A stretch of 64,000 nucleotides of DNA from an uncultured Clostridia bacterium (GTDB lineage: Bacteria > Bacillota > Clostridia > Oscillospirales > JAAYOS01). The notes beneath the pieces were generated by a model. It was not told where the DNA came from. It saw only the letters and a program-made list of their open reading frames with translations, and searched no databases. This document shows, piece by piece, positions 52,284 to 62,415 of the stretch. Both the position numbers and the translations under genes were made by a program. Where the stretch lies: assembly GCA_947593925.1 (NCBI GenBank), contig CANQDU010000004.1:49834-113833 (forward strand), written 5' to 3'. The first letter of the stretch is position 1. Every line of letters begins with the position of its first letter.

Positions 52284-52367
52284 CCGTTCTGTCCGCCGTT
52301 CGCGGACAGAACGGGCAAAACCGGCTCCGCCGCGCGGGAAGAGCTGTCCGCGTATCGCGGACAGCTC
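52284..52367. repeat. Two perfect 12-bp-stem hairpins sharing the core CTGTCCGC...GCGGACAG
   Basis: CGTTCTGTCCGC-loop-GCGGACAGAACG (52284-52314) and GAGCTGTCCGCG-TAT-CGCGGACAGCTC (52341-52367), in the pcrA/valS divergent region. Confidence 0.7.
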
Positions 52368-52504
52368 CGAAAATTTTGTCCGTCTCTCGAGGAAAACATT
52401 TTTGGGAGGCCGCTCGCCGGCGCGTCATGCGCCGCACGCCCGGGCGCGGCGTCGGAAGCTCTCCCCTCTTCGCGTGACGGTCTTCGGCGGCACGCATTTT
52501 CCGC

Positions 52505-52533
52505 TTGACAAACCGTCCGTAATGTGTTATACA
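52505..52533 (+). promoter_or_regulatory. Sigma-A promoter of valS leader
   Basis: TTGACA (52505-52510), 17 nt, TGtTATACA (TATACA 52528-52533). Confidence 0.65.
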
Positions 52534-52539
52534 TTTAGT

Positions 52540-52812
52540 AACCGAACAAGGCAAAAGGCTTTTGACGGGGAGGAGTACGTCGGTTATCCTCTTTCAGAGA
52601 CGGGGCGGAAGGTGCAAGCCCCGAGAGGATCGGCGGAAGGTCGCCCCCGAGCCCCGGAGCCGAAAGCGAAAGCAACTAAGCCCCGGCGGGTTCTCCCGTT
52701 ACAGAGAAGCGGCGTTTCTGCGCCGCGTGAGGTGCGCCGCATATTGCGGCGAATTTAGGTGGTACCGCGGTTCATCCGTCCTAAGCTGTGTGCTTTGGGC
52801 GGCTATTTTTTT
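52540..52812 (+). ncRNA. T-box riboswitch leader (valine-specific, controls valS)
   Basis: Conserved T-box sequence AATTTAGGTGGTACCGCG at 52752-52769, AGAGA motif in Stem I (~52596), and terminator CCGTCCTAAGC-TGTGT-GCTTTGGGCGG (52776-52802) plus a U-tract to 52812. The candidate specifier GUC at 52640-52642 is a tentative placement. Confidence 0.85.
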
Positions 52813-52870
52813 GCCGGGACCGCTCCCGTGCGGGACGGAGAGGCAAAGTCATAATAAGAGGTGTATATTC

Positions 52871-55495
52871 ATGGCACGAGAACTCCCGAAGGCATACGAG
52901 CCCCAGGGCGTCGAAAAGCGCATCTACAAGATGTGGCGGGACGGCGGTTACTTCAAGCCGTCCGACGACCCCGAAAAGAAGCCCTTCACCATCGTCATAC
53001 CGCCCCCGAACGTCACGGGTCAGCTCCACATGGGTCACGCCCTCGACGAGACGTGGCAGGACATCCTCGTGCGCTTCAAGCGCATGCAGGGCTATGCCGC
53101 GCTGTGGGTGCCCGGAACAGACCACGCCGGCATCGCCACGCAGATAAAGGTCGAGGAGTATATCCGCGAGAACGAGCACAAGACCCGCTACGACTACGGG
53201 CGGGACAAGTTCATCGACCTCGTCTGGGACTGGAAGCGCCGCTATGAGGGGCGCATCCACGAGCAGCTCGCGGCGCTCGGCTCGAGCTGTGACTGGTCGC
53301 GCGTCCGCTTCACGATGGACGAGGGACTTTCCCGCGCGGTGCGCGAGGTGTTTGTCAACCTATACAACAAGGGTCTCATCTACAAGGGCAGCCGCATAAT
53401 CAACTGGTGCCCGCACTGCCGCACCGCCCTCTCCGACGCGGAGGTCGAGTACAGCGAGCAGAACGGCCACTTCTGGCACATCCGCTACCCAGTCAAGGGC
53501 TCGGACGAGTACGTCACGATAGCCACCACCCGTCCCGAGACGATGCTCGGCGACAGCGCCGTCGCCGTCCACCCGGACGACGAGCGCTACCGTCACCTCG
53601 TCGGCAAGACGCTCATTCTCCCGCTCGTCGGGCGCGAGATACCGATCATCGCGGACGAGTACGTCGAGAAGGACTTCGGCACCGGCTGCGTAAAGATCAC
53701 TCCCTGCCACGACCCGAACGACTTCGAGGTCGGCAAGCGCCATGGTCTCGAGGAGATACTGATCCTCGACGAGGACGCGCGCATAATCAACGGCGGCAAG
53801 TACAACGGCATGGACCGCTACGAGGCGCGCGAGGCGATAGTCGCGGATCTCGAGGCCGGCGGCTATCTCGTCAAGGTCGAGGAGCACGTCCACAACGTCG
53901 GCGAGTGCTACCGCTGCGGGCACACCGTCGAGCCGATAACCTCCGCTCAGTGGTTCGTGAAGATGGCGCCGCTCGCGAAGCCCGCCATCGAGGCCGTCGA
54001 GAACGGCACGATACAGTTCGTCCCGAAGCGCTTCAACCGCACCTATCTCAACTGGATGGAGGGCATCCACGACTGGTGCATCTCCCGTCAGCTCTGGTGG
54101 GGCCACCGCATCCCCGCGTTCTACTGCGACGAGTGCGGAGAGGTCACCGTCTCTAAGGAGGACATCACCGTCTGCCCGCACTGCGGCGCGCCCGTCCGGC
54201 AGGACGAGGACGTGCTCGACACGTGGTTCAGCTCGGCGCTCTGGCCGTTCTCCACGCTCGGCTGGCCGGAGAATACCGAGGACTTTAAGCGCTTCTTCCC
54301 CACCGACGTGCTCGTCACCGGCTACGACATCATCTCCTTCTGGGTGAGCCGGATGATATTCTCGTCGCTCGAGCACACCGGCCGCGAGCCGTTCCACACA
54401 GTCGCCATTCACGGCCTCGTGCGCGACGCGCAGGGCCGTAAGATGAGCAAGTCGCTCGGCAACGGCGTAGACCCGCTCGAGGTCATAGCAAACTACGGCG
54501 CGGACGCGCTCCGCGCGTCGCTCGTCATAGGCAACGGCCCCGGAATGGACATGCGATTTACCGACGAGAAGGTCTCGAACATGCGGAACTTCGCAAACAA
54601 GCTCTGGAACGCGAGCCGCTTCGTGCTGATGAACCTCAACACCGAGGATACGACCCTTCCCGCCGACCTCCGCCCGGAGGACAAGTGGATACTCTCGAAG
54701 CTGAACGCCCTCGCCGCCGACGAGACGCGCAACCTCGACCACTACGAGTTCGGCCTTGCCATGCAGAAGATATACGACTTCGTCTGGGGCGACTTCTGCG
54801 ACTGGTATATCGAGCTCACGAAGCCGCGCCTCCAGTCGGAGGACGCGGCGGAGGGCGAGAACGCACAGCGCGTGCTTCTCTACGTCCTCGGCGAAGCGCT
54901 GAAGCTCCTGCACCCGTTCATGCCGCACATCACCGAGGAGATCTGGCAGTACCTCCCCGGCCGCGAGACGCCGCTTATAGTCGCCGATTGGCCGACGTTC
55001 CGCCCGGAGCTCGACTTCTCCGCATACGAGTCGGAGGTCGAGGCCGTCATGGACGCGATACGCGCCGTCCGTGCGCGCCGCGCCGAGATGAACGTCCCGC
55101 CGAGCCGCAAGGCGCACCTGCTGATAGTCGCGGAGAACGACGCGGTCTTCCGCGAGATGGACGCGCTCACGAAGCGCCTCGCCTTCGCCTCCGACATCGA
55201 GTACGCCTCCTCCGCGCCCTCCGACCTGAAGGGCTATTCCACGGCCGCCACCCCCGCCGCGCACATATTCATGCCGACGGGCGACCTCGTCGATATAGCA
55301 AAGGAGCGCGAGCGCCTCTCCGGCGAGCTCGCAAAGGCGAAAAAGCAGCTCGAGAGCATCGAAAAGAAGCTCGCAAACGAGGGCTTTGTGTCAAAGGCCC
55401 CGGAGGCCGTCGTCGCGGCGGAGCGTGAGAAGGCCGCAAACGCCGCCGCGCTCATCGCCCGCCTCGAGGAGAGCCTGAAGGCGCTCGAGAACTGA
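52871..55495 (+). CDS. valS: Valine--tRNA ligase
   Basis: Start ATG 52871 after AAGAGGTG; the track ORF is extended upstream over the T-box leader. HIGH variant [18 protein letters not shown], and a C-terminal coiled coil. Confidence 0.97.
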   Translation: MARELPKAYEPQGVEKRIYKMWRDGGYFKPSDDPEKKPFTIVIPPPNVTGQLHMGHALDETWQDILVRFKRMQGYAALWVPGTDHAGIATQIKVEEYIRENEHKTRYDYGRDKFIDLVWDWKRRYEGRIHEQLAALGSSCDWSRVRFTMDEGLSRAVREVFVNLYNKGLIYKGSRIINWCPHCRTALSDAEVEYSEQNGHFWHIRYPVKGSDEYVTIATTRPETMLGDSAVAVHPDDERYRHLVGKTLILPLVGREIPIIADEYVEKDFGTGCVKITPCHDPNDFEVGKRHGLEEILILDEDARIINGGKYNGMDRYEAREAIVADLEAGGYLVKVEEHVHNVGECYRCGHTVEPITSAQWFVKMAPLAKPAIEAVENGTIQFVPKRFNRTYLNWMEGIHDWCISRQLWWGHRIPAFYCDECGEVTVSKEDITVCPHCGAPVRQDEDVLDTWFSSALWPFSTLGWPENTEDFKRFFPTDVLVTGYDIISFWVSRMIFSSLEHTGREPFHTVAIHGLVRDAQGRKMSKSLGNGVDPLEVIANYGADALRASLVIGNGPGMDMRFTDEKVSNMRNFANKLWNASRFVLMNLNTEDTTLPADLRPEDKWILSKLNALAADETRNLDHYEFGLAMQKIYDFVWGDFCDWYIELTKPRLQSEDAAEGENAQRVLLYVLGEALKLLHPFMPHITEEIWQYLPGRETPLIVADWPTFRPELDFSAYESEVEAVMDAIRAVRARRAEMNVPPSRKAHLLIVAENDAVFREMDALTKRLAFASDIEYASSAPSDLKGYSTAATPAAHIFMPTGDLVDIAKERERLSGELAKAKKQLESIEKKLANEGFVSKAPEAVVAAEREKAANAAALIARLEESLKALEN

Positions 55496-55550
55496 CAGTC
55501 ATCGGGGAGCTGCCGGCGCGGCTCCCCTCTCAGCGAAAGGACGGGAAAGC

Positions 55551-56834
55551 ATGAACTACGAAAAGGCTCTTGAATATATACACTCGATAAAGAAATACAA
55601 CACAAAGCCGGGTCTTCGGCGGATAGAAAATCTCCTCCGCGAGCTCGGGAACCCCGAGAAGAAGATGAATTACGTCCACGTCGCCGGTACAAACGGCAAG
55701 GGCTCCGCCACCGCGATGAGCGCTTCCGTGCTCGAGGCGGCGGGGTACAGGACGGGCTCGTTCATATCTCCGTTCCTCGAGCGGTTCAACGAGCGGATGC
55801 AGGTCTCGGGCGAGCCGATACCGGACGATACGCTTGTCTCGCTCACCGAGCGCGTGAAGGCCGCCGTGGGCCGCATGGCGTCCCGCGGCCTCACGCACCC
55901 CACCGAGTTCGAGTTTCTCACGGCGATGGCGTTCGAGTACTGGGCGGAGAGCGGGTGCGACTTTGTCTCGCTCGAGGTCGGCATGGGCGGACGGCTCGAC
56001 GCGACGAACGTCGTCTCCTCCCCCGCCGTCACGATAATCGGCCCCATTTCCTTTGACCACACGCATCTGCTCGGGAACACCCTCACCGAGATAGCTTACG
56101 AGAAGGCGGGCGTGATAAAGCCCGGCGGCCGCGTCGTCTGCTACGTCGAGCAGGCGGACGAGGCGCGGCGCGTCATCGAAAGCGTCTGCCGCGAGCGCGG
56201 CGCGGAGTTTATCTCTCCCGACGCCTCAAAAATCGAGTACATCTCCGAGTCGCTCGGCTCGAACCGCTTCCGCTACGACGGACTTGAAGTAAACCTCCCG
56301 CTCACCGGCCGCCATCAGGTGAAGAACGCCGTCGGCGTCATTGAGGCGATGAGAGTTCTCCGCCGCTCCGGGTATCACGTCACCGATGAGGACATCGTGC
56401 GCGGGCTGGAGCAGACGAAGTGGGTCGGGCGGCTCGAGACCGTCCGACGCGACCCGCTCACCATCATCGACGCGGCGCACAATCCGGACGCCGTGCGCGT
56501 CCTCTCCGAGAGCATCGACACGCTGATGAAGGGCCACCGGATCGTCGCCGTCATGGGAATGCTCGCGGACAAGGACTACAATTTCTGCATCCCCGAGATA
56601 GCGAAGCGCGCGGACGCATTCGTCGCGTGTACGCCGACGAGCGGGCGCGCGCTCGACGCGGAGGACGCCGCCGCAGTCGCGCGGGAGCACTGCCGCTCGG
56701 TCGAGGTCGTGCCGGACATCGGCGCGGCGGTCGAGCGCGGACTTGCGCTCACCGGCCGCGACGACATCCTGCTTATCTGCGGCTCGCTCTACGTCATCGG
56801 CGCGGCAAAGACGCATCTGAGGACGCTCGGATAA
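55551..56834 (+). CDS. folC: Bifunctional folylpolyglutamate synthase / dihydrofolate synthase
   Basis: 427 aa. Mur ligase P-loop HVAGTNGKGS. Conserved valS-folC adjacency. Confidence 0.9.
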   Translation: MNYEKALEYIHSIKKYNTKPGLRRIENLLRELGNPEKKMNYVHVAGTNGKGSATAMSASVLEAAGYRTGSFISPFLERFNERMQVSGEPIPDDTLVSLTERVKAAVGRMASRGLTHPTEFEFLTAMAFEYWAESGCDFVSLEVGMGGRLDATNVVSSPAVTIIGPISFDHTHLLGNTLTEIAYEKAGVIKPGGRVVCYVEQADEARRVIESVCRERGAEFISPDASKIEYISESLGSNRFRYDGLEVNLPLTGRHQVKNAVGVIEAMRVLRRSGYHVTDEDIVRGLEQTKWVGRLETVRRDPLTIIDAAHNPDAVRVLSESIDTLMKGHRIVAVMGMLADKDYNFCIPEIAKRADAFVACTPTSGRALDAEDAAAVAREHCRSVEVVPDIGAAVERGLALTGRDDILLICGSLYVIGAAKTHLRTLG

Positions 56835-56853
56835 TAAGCTCCGCATTAAAACG

Positions 56854-56895
56854 TCACCCGAAGGCAAATTTGTCCTGTGATTTGCCCTCGGGTGA
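56854..56895 (+). terminator. Stem-loop after folC (weak U-tract)
   Basis: TCACCCGAAGGCAAAT...ATTTGCCCTCGGGTGA (one mismatch), followed directly by TGtTATAAT (56896-56904), a candidate extended -10 for the GH1 gene. Confidence 0.5.
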
Positions 56896-56951
56896 TGTTA
56901 TAATTATCGTAAACAGTACCTTGCAAATAAAAATCGACAGGAGGAGCATTC

Positions 56952-58214
56952 ATGAAGCTGCCGGAGGGATTTTTCATCGGCGCCGCGACCGCGGCGCACC
57001 AGGTCGAGGGCAACAACACAAAAAGCGACTGCTGGGTGGAGGAGCATCTCACGCACACAAGCTACGCCGAGCCGAGCGGAGACGCCGTAGACCACTATAA
57101 CCGCTACGCCGAGGACATAGCGCTCCTTGCGGAGGCGGGTCTCAACGCCTACCGCTTTTCTATCGAGTGGGCGCGCATCGAGCCGGAGGAGGGACGCTTC
57201 GACGGCAGCGAGGTCGAGCACTACCGCAAGGTCATCGAGTGCTGCCGCAGTCACGGCGTGAAGCCGATAGTCACGCTCCACCACTTCTCGAGCCCCGCGT
57301 GGCTCATTACGCACGGCGGTTGGAAGAGCGAGCGGACGCCGGAGCTCTTCGCGCGCTACGCCGCATACGTCGCGCGCGAGCTGCTCGAGGGCGTTGAGTA
57401 CGTCTGCACGATAAACGAGGCGAACATGGGCTTCCAGATACAGAAGGTCATGGAGGATATGATGAAGGCCTCGGCGCGCGAGGGCGCGGTGCAGGTCGGC
57501 ATCTCCACCGACATGGAGGCGATAATGGCGGGCGCGGTCGAGCAGGCCGCCGCATTCGGCGTCGAGCCGGGGAAGGTGAACACCTTCGTCTCCCCGCGCA
57601 CGGCTGAAGAGGATGAGCTTGTCATGCGCGCCCACCGCGCGGCGGTGAGCGCGATAAAGGCCGTCCGCCCGGAGATAAAGTGCGGGCTCACGCTGTCGCT
57701 CTTTGACTATCAGCCGCTCCCCGGCGGTGAGGAGCAGAACAACCGTCTCTGGCAGGAGGACTTCGGAAATTACCTGCCCTACATCGAGCAGGACGACTTC
57801 CTCGGCGTCCAGAACTACTCCCGCAAGCGCGTGGACGCCTCCGGCGCGCTCGAACCCGCCGAGGGCGCTCCCCTCACCCAGATGGGCTACGAGGACTACC
57901 CCGCCTCGATAGCGGGCGTTCTGCGCCGCGTGGCAAAGCACTTCCGGGGCGAGCTCATAGTCACCGAGAACGGCATCGCGACCTCGGACGACGCGCGGCG
58001 CTGCGAGTTCCTGCGGGAGGCTGTCGCGGGCGTCGCGGCATGTGCCGCCGAGGGCATACCCGTGAAGGGCTACTGCTGCTGGAGCCTGCTTGACAACTTC
58101 GAGTGGCAGCTCGGCTTCTCGCGCACCTTCGGCCTCATCGCCGTTGACCGCGCGACGCAGACGCGCCGGCCCAAGGAGAGCCTTTCGGTGCTCGGGTCGC
58201 TTGCGAAGTCGTGA
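56952..58214 (+). CDS. Glycoside hydrolase family 1 (beta-glucosidase-type)
   Basis: 420 aa. FFIGAATAAHQVEG, TINEANMG (acid/base) and VTENGIATSDD (nucleophile). Confidence 0.88.
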   Translation: MKLPEGFFIGAATAAHQVEGNNTKSDCWVEEHLTHTSYAEPSGDAVDHYNRYAEDIALLAEAGLNAYRFSIEWARIEPEEGRFDGSEVEHYRKVIECCRSHGVKPIVTLHHFSSPAWLITHGGWKSERTPELFARYAAYVARELLEGVEYVCTINEANMGFQIQKVMEDMMKASAREGAVQVGISTDMEAIMAGAVEQAAAFGVEPGKVNTFVSPRTAEEDELVMRAHRAAVSAIKAVRPEIKCGLTLSLFDYQPLPGGEEQNNRLWQEDFGNYLPYIEQDDFLGVQNYSRKRVDASGALEPAEGAPLTQMGYEDYPASIAGVLRRVAKHFRGELIVTENGIATSDDARRCEFLREAVAGVAACAAEGIPVKGYCCWSLLDNFEWQLGFSRTFGLIAVDRATQTRRPKESLSVLGSLAKS

Positions 58215-58299
58215 AAGCTTTGCTGGGCGGCGTCTCGAAATAAGTCTTTGAACTTCGGACGGTCGGAGAGCCGCATGGCTTTCCGACCGTCTCCTGTGA

Positions 58300-58328
58300 T
58301 TGACAGCGGAGCCGCCGTGTGCTACAAT
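58300..58328 (+). promoter_or_regulatory. Sigma-A promoter of pepF
   Basis: TTGACA (58300-58305), 17 nt, TGcTACAAT (TACAAT 58323-58328). Confidence 0.65.
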
Positions 58329-58377
58329 CGTTGCAGATGTACGATTTTACCGAATTACAACGTAAAGGAGTTTAGTT

Positions 58378-60180
58378 ATGACCGAGAACAGAGCCGATAT
58401 ACCCGCAAAGTACAAATGGGACCTAACCGCGATCTACCCCGATATGGACGCCTTCAACGCGGACTACGCCCGCGCCGAGGAGATGATAGCCGCGTTCCCC
58501 GCGCATGAGGCGACGATGACGAAGTCCGCAGAAGGACTTCTCGCCGCGCTCGAGGACTCGCAGGCGCTCAGCCGTCTTATAAGCAAGCTCTTCGAGTACG
58601 CGAGCCTCAATTCCGACCTTGACACCGGCGACAACACCTTCCTCGCCCTCTCCGGCAGGATGATGAACCTCGCGAACGCCGCCGGCGCCGCGGAATACTT
58701 TGTCTCCCCCGCCCTCATCTCCATCCCGGACGAGACGCTTGAGAAGTGGTACGCGGAAAAGCCCGAGCTCCGCGCCTATGAGCGGACGATATACGAGAGC
58801 CGCCGCTACAAGAAGTACACCCTCTCCGACGAGAACGAAAAGCTTCTCGCAAACCTCCGCCGAGGCATGGGCGGCCACTCCGGCATCCGCTCGGTCTTTG
58901 CGAACGCCGACCTCGACTTCGGCTATATCCGCGGTGAGGACGGCAAAAAGACCCACCTCACCGACGCGAACTACGTCGCGTTCCTGATGAGCCCCGACCG
59001 CCGCGTCCGCCGCGCCGCGTTCACGAAGATGTACGAGACCTACAAGCAGTTCGGCAACACCTTTGCCGCGCTGATGAACGAGTACGTCAAGGAGCGCACC
59101 ACTGTCTCGAAGGTTCGCGGCTACGACTCGAGCCTCCAGTGCTCCGTCTTTGACGACGAAGTGACGCCGGACATCTACAACAACCTCGTCGACACGGTCA
59201 ACAAGAACCTCCCCGTCCTCTACGACTACTACAAGCTCAAGAAGGAGGTCCTCGGCCTCTCGAAGTACCACCTCTACGACATCTACACCCCCCTCATCGG
59301 CTCGAGCACGAAGAAGTACAGCTACGAGGAGGCGGTCGAGGAGGTCCTCGACGCGGTGCAGGTGCTCGGAAGCGAGTATCACGACACCCTCGAGGACGGT
59401 CTGAAGAACCGCAAGTGGGTGGACGTCTACCCCAACAAGGGTAAGCAGAGCGGCGCTTACAGCGCCGGCAGCTACGACACTCAGCCCTATATCCTTATGA
59501 ACTACACCGACACGCTTGAGGACGTGTCCACGCTCGCGCACGAGTCCGGCCACTCGATGCATTCCTACTTCTCGAAGATAAGCAACACCCCGCAGGATTC
59601 GCGGTACACCATCTTTGTCGCGGAGGTCGCCTCCACCGTCAACGAGCTCATCTTCTGCCACAAGAAGCTCCGCGAATCGGCAAGCGACGATGAGAAGCTT
59701 TCGATACTCAACCAGATAATGGAGACCTACAAGGGCACTCTCTTCCGCCAGACGATGTTTGCGGAGTTCGAGCGCGACATGCACGCCATGAGTGAGGCGG
59801 GCGAGACTCTCACGAAGGATCTTCTCTGCACCAAGTACTACGAGATAGTCAAGCGCTACTTCGGGCCGGGCGTCGTCTGCGACGCGGACATCGCCTACGA
59901 GTGGATGCGCATCCCGCACTTCTATATGTTCTTCTACGTCTACCAGTACGCGACCTGCATCTCCGCCGCCTCGAGCATAGTTAAGCGCATCGAGAGCGAG
60001 GGCGAGGCTTATATCCCGCACTACCTCGACTTCCTGCGCTGCGGCGGCTCGAAGAGCCCGCTCGACAGTCTCAAGGTCGCGGGCATCGACCTCACCGACC
60101 CCGCCGTCATCGAGGACGCCATAGCCGACTTTGCCGACACGATAAAGCAGTTCCGGGAGATCTACAACGCCGCGAAGTAA
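58378..60180 (+). CDS. pepF: Oligoendopeptidase F (M3B)
   Basis: 600 aa. Zinc site LAHESGHSMH. The N-terminus KYKWDLTAIYPD is typical of PepF. Confidence 0.9.
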   Translation: MTENRADIPAKYKWDLTAIYPDMDAFNADYARAEEMIAAFPAHEATMTKSAEGLLAALEDSQALSRLISKLFEYASLNSDLDTGDNTFLALSGRMMNLANAAGAAEYFVSPALISIPDETLEKWYAEKPELRAYERTIYESRRYKKYTLSDENEKLLANLRRGMGGHSGIRSVFANADLDFGYIRGEDGKKTHLTDANYVAFLMSPDRRVRRAAFTKMYETYKQFGNTFAALMNEYVKERTTVSKVRGYDSSLQCSVFDDEVTPDIYNNLVDTVNKNLPVLYDYYKLKKEVLGLSKYHLYDIYTPLIGSSTKKYSYEEAVEEVLDAVQVLGSEYHDTLEDGLKNRKWVDVYPNKGKQSGAYSAGSYDTQPYILMNYTDTLEDVSTLAHESGHSMHSYFSKISNTPQDSRYTIFVAEVASTVNELIFCHKKLRESASDDEKLSILNQIMETYKGTLFRQTMFAEFERDMHAMSEAGETLTKDLLCTKYYEIVKRYFGPGVVCDADIAYEWMRIPHFYMFFYVYQYATCISAASSIVKRIESEGEAYIPHYLDFLRCGGSKSPLDSLKVAGIDLTDPAVIEDAIADFADTIKQFREIYNAAK

Positions 60181-60343
60181 ACGGCGTGGCGGAGCATATC
60201 CAGCGGGAAGACTTGTCTTCCCGCCGTCCTCACAAACCGGACAGCTTCGTTTTTCTTCCTTGTGCTTGCGGCGCGGCGGGCGCGGCATCGCGCCCGCCGC
60301 GCTTTGCGTCCCGTCCTTTTTCGGCAAAATGACAAAATACGGC

Positions 60344-60372
60344 TTGCAAAAACGCCGGTGCTAATGTATAAT
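60344..60372 (+). promoter_or_regulatory. Sigma-A promoter of carboxylesterase gene
   Basis: TTGCAA (60344-60349), 17 nt, TATAAT (60367-60372). Confidence 0.6.
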
Positions 60373-60433
60373 CGGTATAGCATTACGGCATCGCAAGGTG
60401 CAGGAAATAATTATCGGAGGAGGATCATCCGCA

Positions 60434-61993
60434 ATGGGAAAAACCTTTGTATGCGACGAATCGACGACAGTAAAGACCAAGGCCGGTCTGCTCCAGGGCT
60501 TCAAGGTCGATGACATGTACGCCTTCTACGGCGTGAAGTATGCCGACGCCAAGCGTTTCCAAATGCCCACGCCGGTGGAGCCGTGGGAGGGTGTCAAGAC
60601 CGCTCTCGCCTACGGCTACGTCAGCCCGATGCTCGGTCAGGACAACCCCTCGAACGAGCTGCTCGTCCCGCACCGCTACTGGCCGCTCGACGAAAACTGC
60701 CAGTACCTCAACGTCTGGACGCAGTCCCTCTCCCCCGACGCGAAGAAGCCGGTCCTCTTCTGGCTGCACGGCGGCGGATACGCGGCGGGCTCCTCGATAG
60801 AGCAGATAGCCTATGAGGGCGACAACATGAGCCGCCATGGCGACTGCGTCGTCGTCACGATAAACCACCGCCTGAACATACTCGGCTACCTCGACCTCTA
60901 CCCGTTCGGCGAGAAGTACAAGAACTCCGGCAACGCCGGCCATGCGGACATCGTCGCGGCCCTTCAGTGGGTGCATGACAACATCGCGCAGTTCGGCGGC
61001 GACCCGGACAACGTCACCGTCTTCGGACAGTCCGGCGGCGGCGGAAAGGTCAGCTGCCTGCTCCAGACCCCCGCGGCGGACGGGCTTTTCCATCGCGGGA
61101 TAATCCAGAGCGGCGTCGCGAGCGGGAGCCTTCTCGGCGGCGGCGAGCGCACCGAGGAGCAGAACGGCCGCGAGATAGTGAACGCCATGCTCCGCGAGCT
61201 CGGCCTGCCCGAGAACGACCCCGAGCCGCTTGAGACCATCCCCTACGCCGACCTCGCCGCCGCGTACAACAAGGCGGCTCCCGCCATCCGCGCGAAGGGC
61301 GGCTACACCGGCTGTGCGCCGATAGCGGACGACTACTATGTCGGCGACCCGATGATATACGGCTTCACCGAGCACGCAAAGACCGTCCCGATAATGGTCG
61401 GCACTGTCATGTGCGAGTTCCTCGGATTTGCCCCCGCCGGCCCTCACGAGAACGACGAGGAGGCCACCCTTGCCGACATGAAGAAGATATTCGGCGAGTA
61501 TGCAGAGAGAGCCGTCGAGCTCTACCGCAAGGCGTTCCCCGGAAAGAAGCTCGCGTATCTCGCGAAGCTCGACGGGCTCTTCCGCAAGGGCTCGTGGGAG
61601 TACGTCATGAAGAAGGCGGAGGTCTCGAGCGCGCCCGCCTACTCCTACATGTTTACATACGAGTTTCCCTACGCCGGCGGCAAGCCCGCGTGGCACTGCT
61701 CCGAGATACCGTTCGTGTTCCACAACGCGGAGCGCGTCGCGGTCTGCAGCGGCGGCGAGGACGTCGAGAAGATGCAGGAGAACATCTTCGAGTCGTGGAT
61801 GTCCTTCGCGCGCACAGGTAACCCGGGTCACCCCGGCATTCCCGAGTGGAAGCCCTGCACCGGCGACGAGGAGCGCTGCATGAAGATGGATAAGACCTTC
61901 ACGCAGGACACGAACTTCGACCACGAGCTGATGGAGATATTCCTCGAGCACGGCCCGAAGTTCGGCTTCGGCGAGGTCAAGGCCGAGCACTGA
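60434..61993 (+). CDS. Carboxylesterase type B (para-nitrobenzyl esterase-like)
   Basis: Start ATG 60434 after GGAGGAGGA. VLFWLHGGGYAAGS oxyanion region and nucleophile elbow FGQSGGG. Confidence 0.9.
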   Translation: MGKTFVCDESTTVKTKAGLLQGFKVDDMYAFYGVKYADAKRFQMPTPVEPWEGVKTALAYGYVSPMLGQDNPSNELLVPHRYWPLDENCQYLNVWTQSLSPDAKKPVLFWLHGGGYAAGSSIEQIAYEGDNMSRHGDCVVVTINHRLNILGYLDLYPFGEKYKNSGNAGHADIVAALQWVHDNIAQFGGDPDNVTVFGQSGGGGKVSCLLQTPAADGLFHRGIIQSGVASGSLLGGGERTEEQNGREIVNAMLRELGLPENDPEPLETIPYADLAAAYNKAAPAIRAKGGYTGCAPIADDYYVGDPMIYGFTEHAKTVPIMVGTVMCEFLGFAPAGPHENDEEATLADMKKIFGEYAERAVELYRKAFPGKKLAYLAKLDGLFRKGSWEYVMKKAEVSSAPAYSYMFTYEFPYAGGKPAWHCSEIPFVFHNAERVAVCSGGEDVEKMQENIFESWMSFARTGNPGHPGIPEWKPCTGDEERCMKMDKTFTQDTNFDHELMEIFLEHGPKFGFGEVKAEH

Positions 61994-62102
61994 GCGCGGC
62001 TCCCGAGCTTGTATTGTAACATCTGCCCCGCCGGAAGCGGTCTTCCGGCGGGGCTCTCAATTCGGGCGGAACGGCGTTCCGCCCACGGGAAGGAAGAACG
62101 GA

Positions 62103-62321
62103 ATGTTTGCAAAGCTGAAAAAGATACTCAAAATAGCTCTCGAATATCTCACGGCGATACTGCTCCTTGTCGCGTACATCTTCGGGCACGTCTTCAACTG
62201 GAAGAACTCGCCGTGGCTCATACTCGGCGTCGTCTGGGCGTGCGTCGCGACGTGGGACCTCGTGCGTCTCATCCTCGCGGAACGCAAGCTGAAGCAGGCG
62301 CAGGAAAGCATCAAAAGCTGA
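62103..62321 (+). CDS. Small two-TM membrane protein, hypothetical
   Basis: 72-aa ORF with two hydrophobic helices (LTAILLLVAYIFGHVF, WLILGVVWACVATW), followed by a strong terminator. No family recognised. Confidence 0.4.
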   Translation: MFAKLKKILKIALEYLTAILLLVAYIFGHVFNWKNSPWLILGVVWACVATWDLVRLILAERKLKQAQESIKS

Positions 62322-62354
62322 AATGAGGCGGTGCAGACGCGACGACGACTCAAG

Positions 62355-62389
62355 AACGCACGGAGAGGCAGCATGCCTCTCCGTGCGTT
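62355..62389. terminator. Bidirectional terminator
   Basis: AACGCACGGAGAGGC-AGCAT-GCCTCTCCGTGCGTT followed by TCCTTTT. Confidence 0.8.
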
Positions 62390-62415
62390 TCCTTTTGCCC
62401 GCTCTCGGCGGCGGG

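Noticed and set aside
52562-52870. Upstream 103-codon extension of valS
   Set aside because: This region is the T-box leader with its own promoter and terminator. The RBS AAGAGGTG precedes ATG 52871, and the protein aligns from [11 protein letters not shown].
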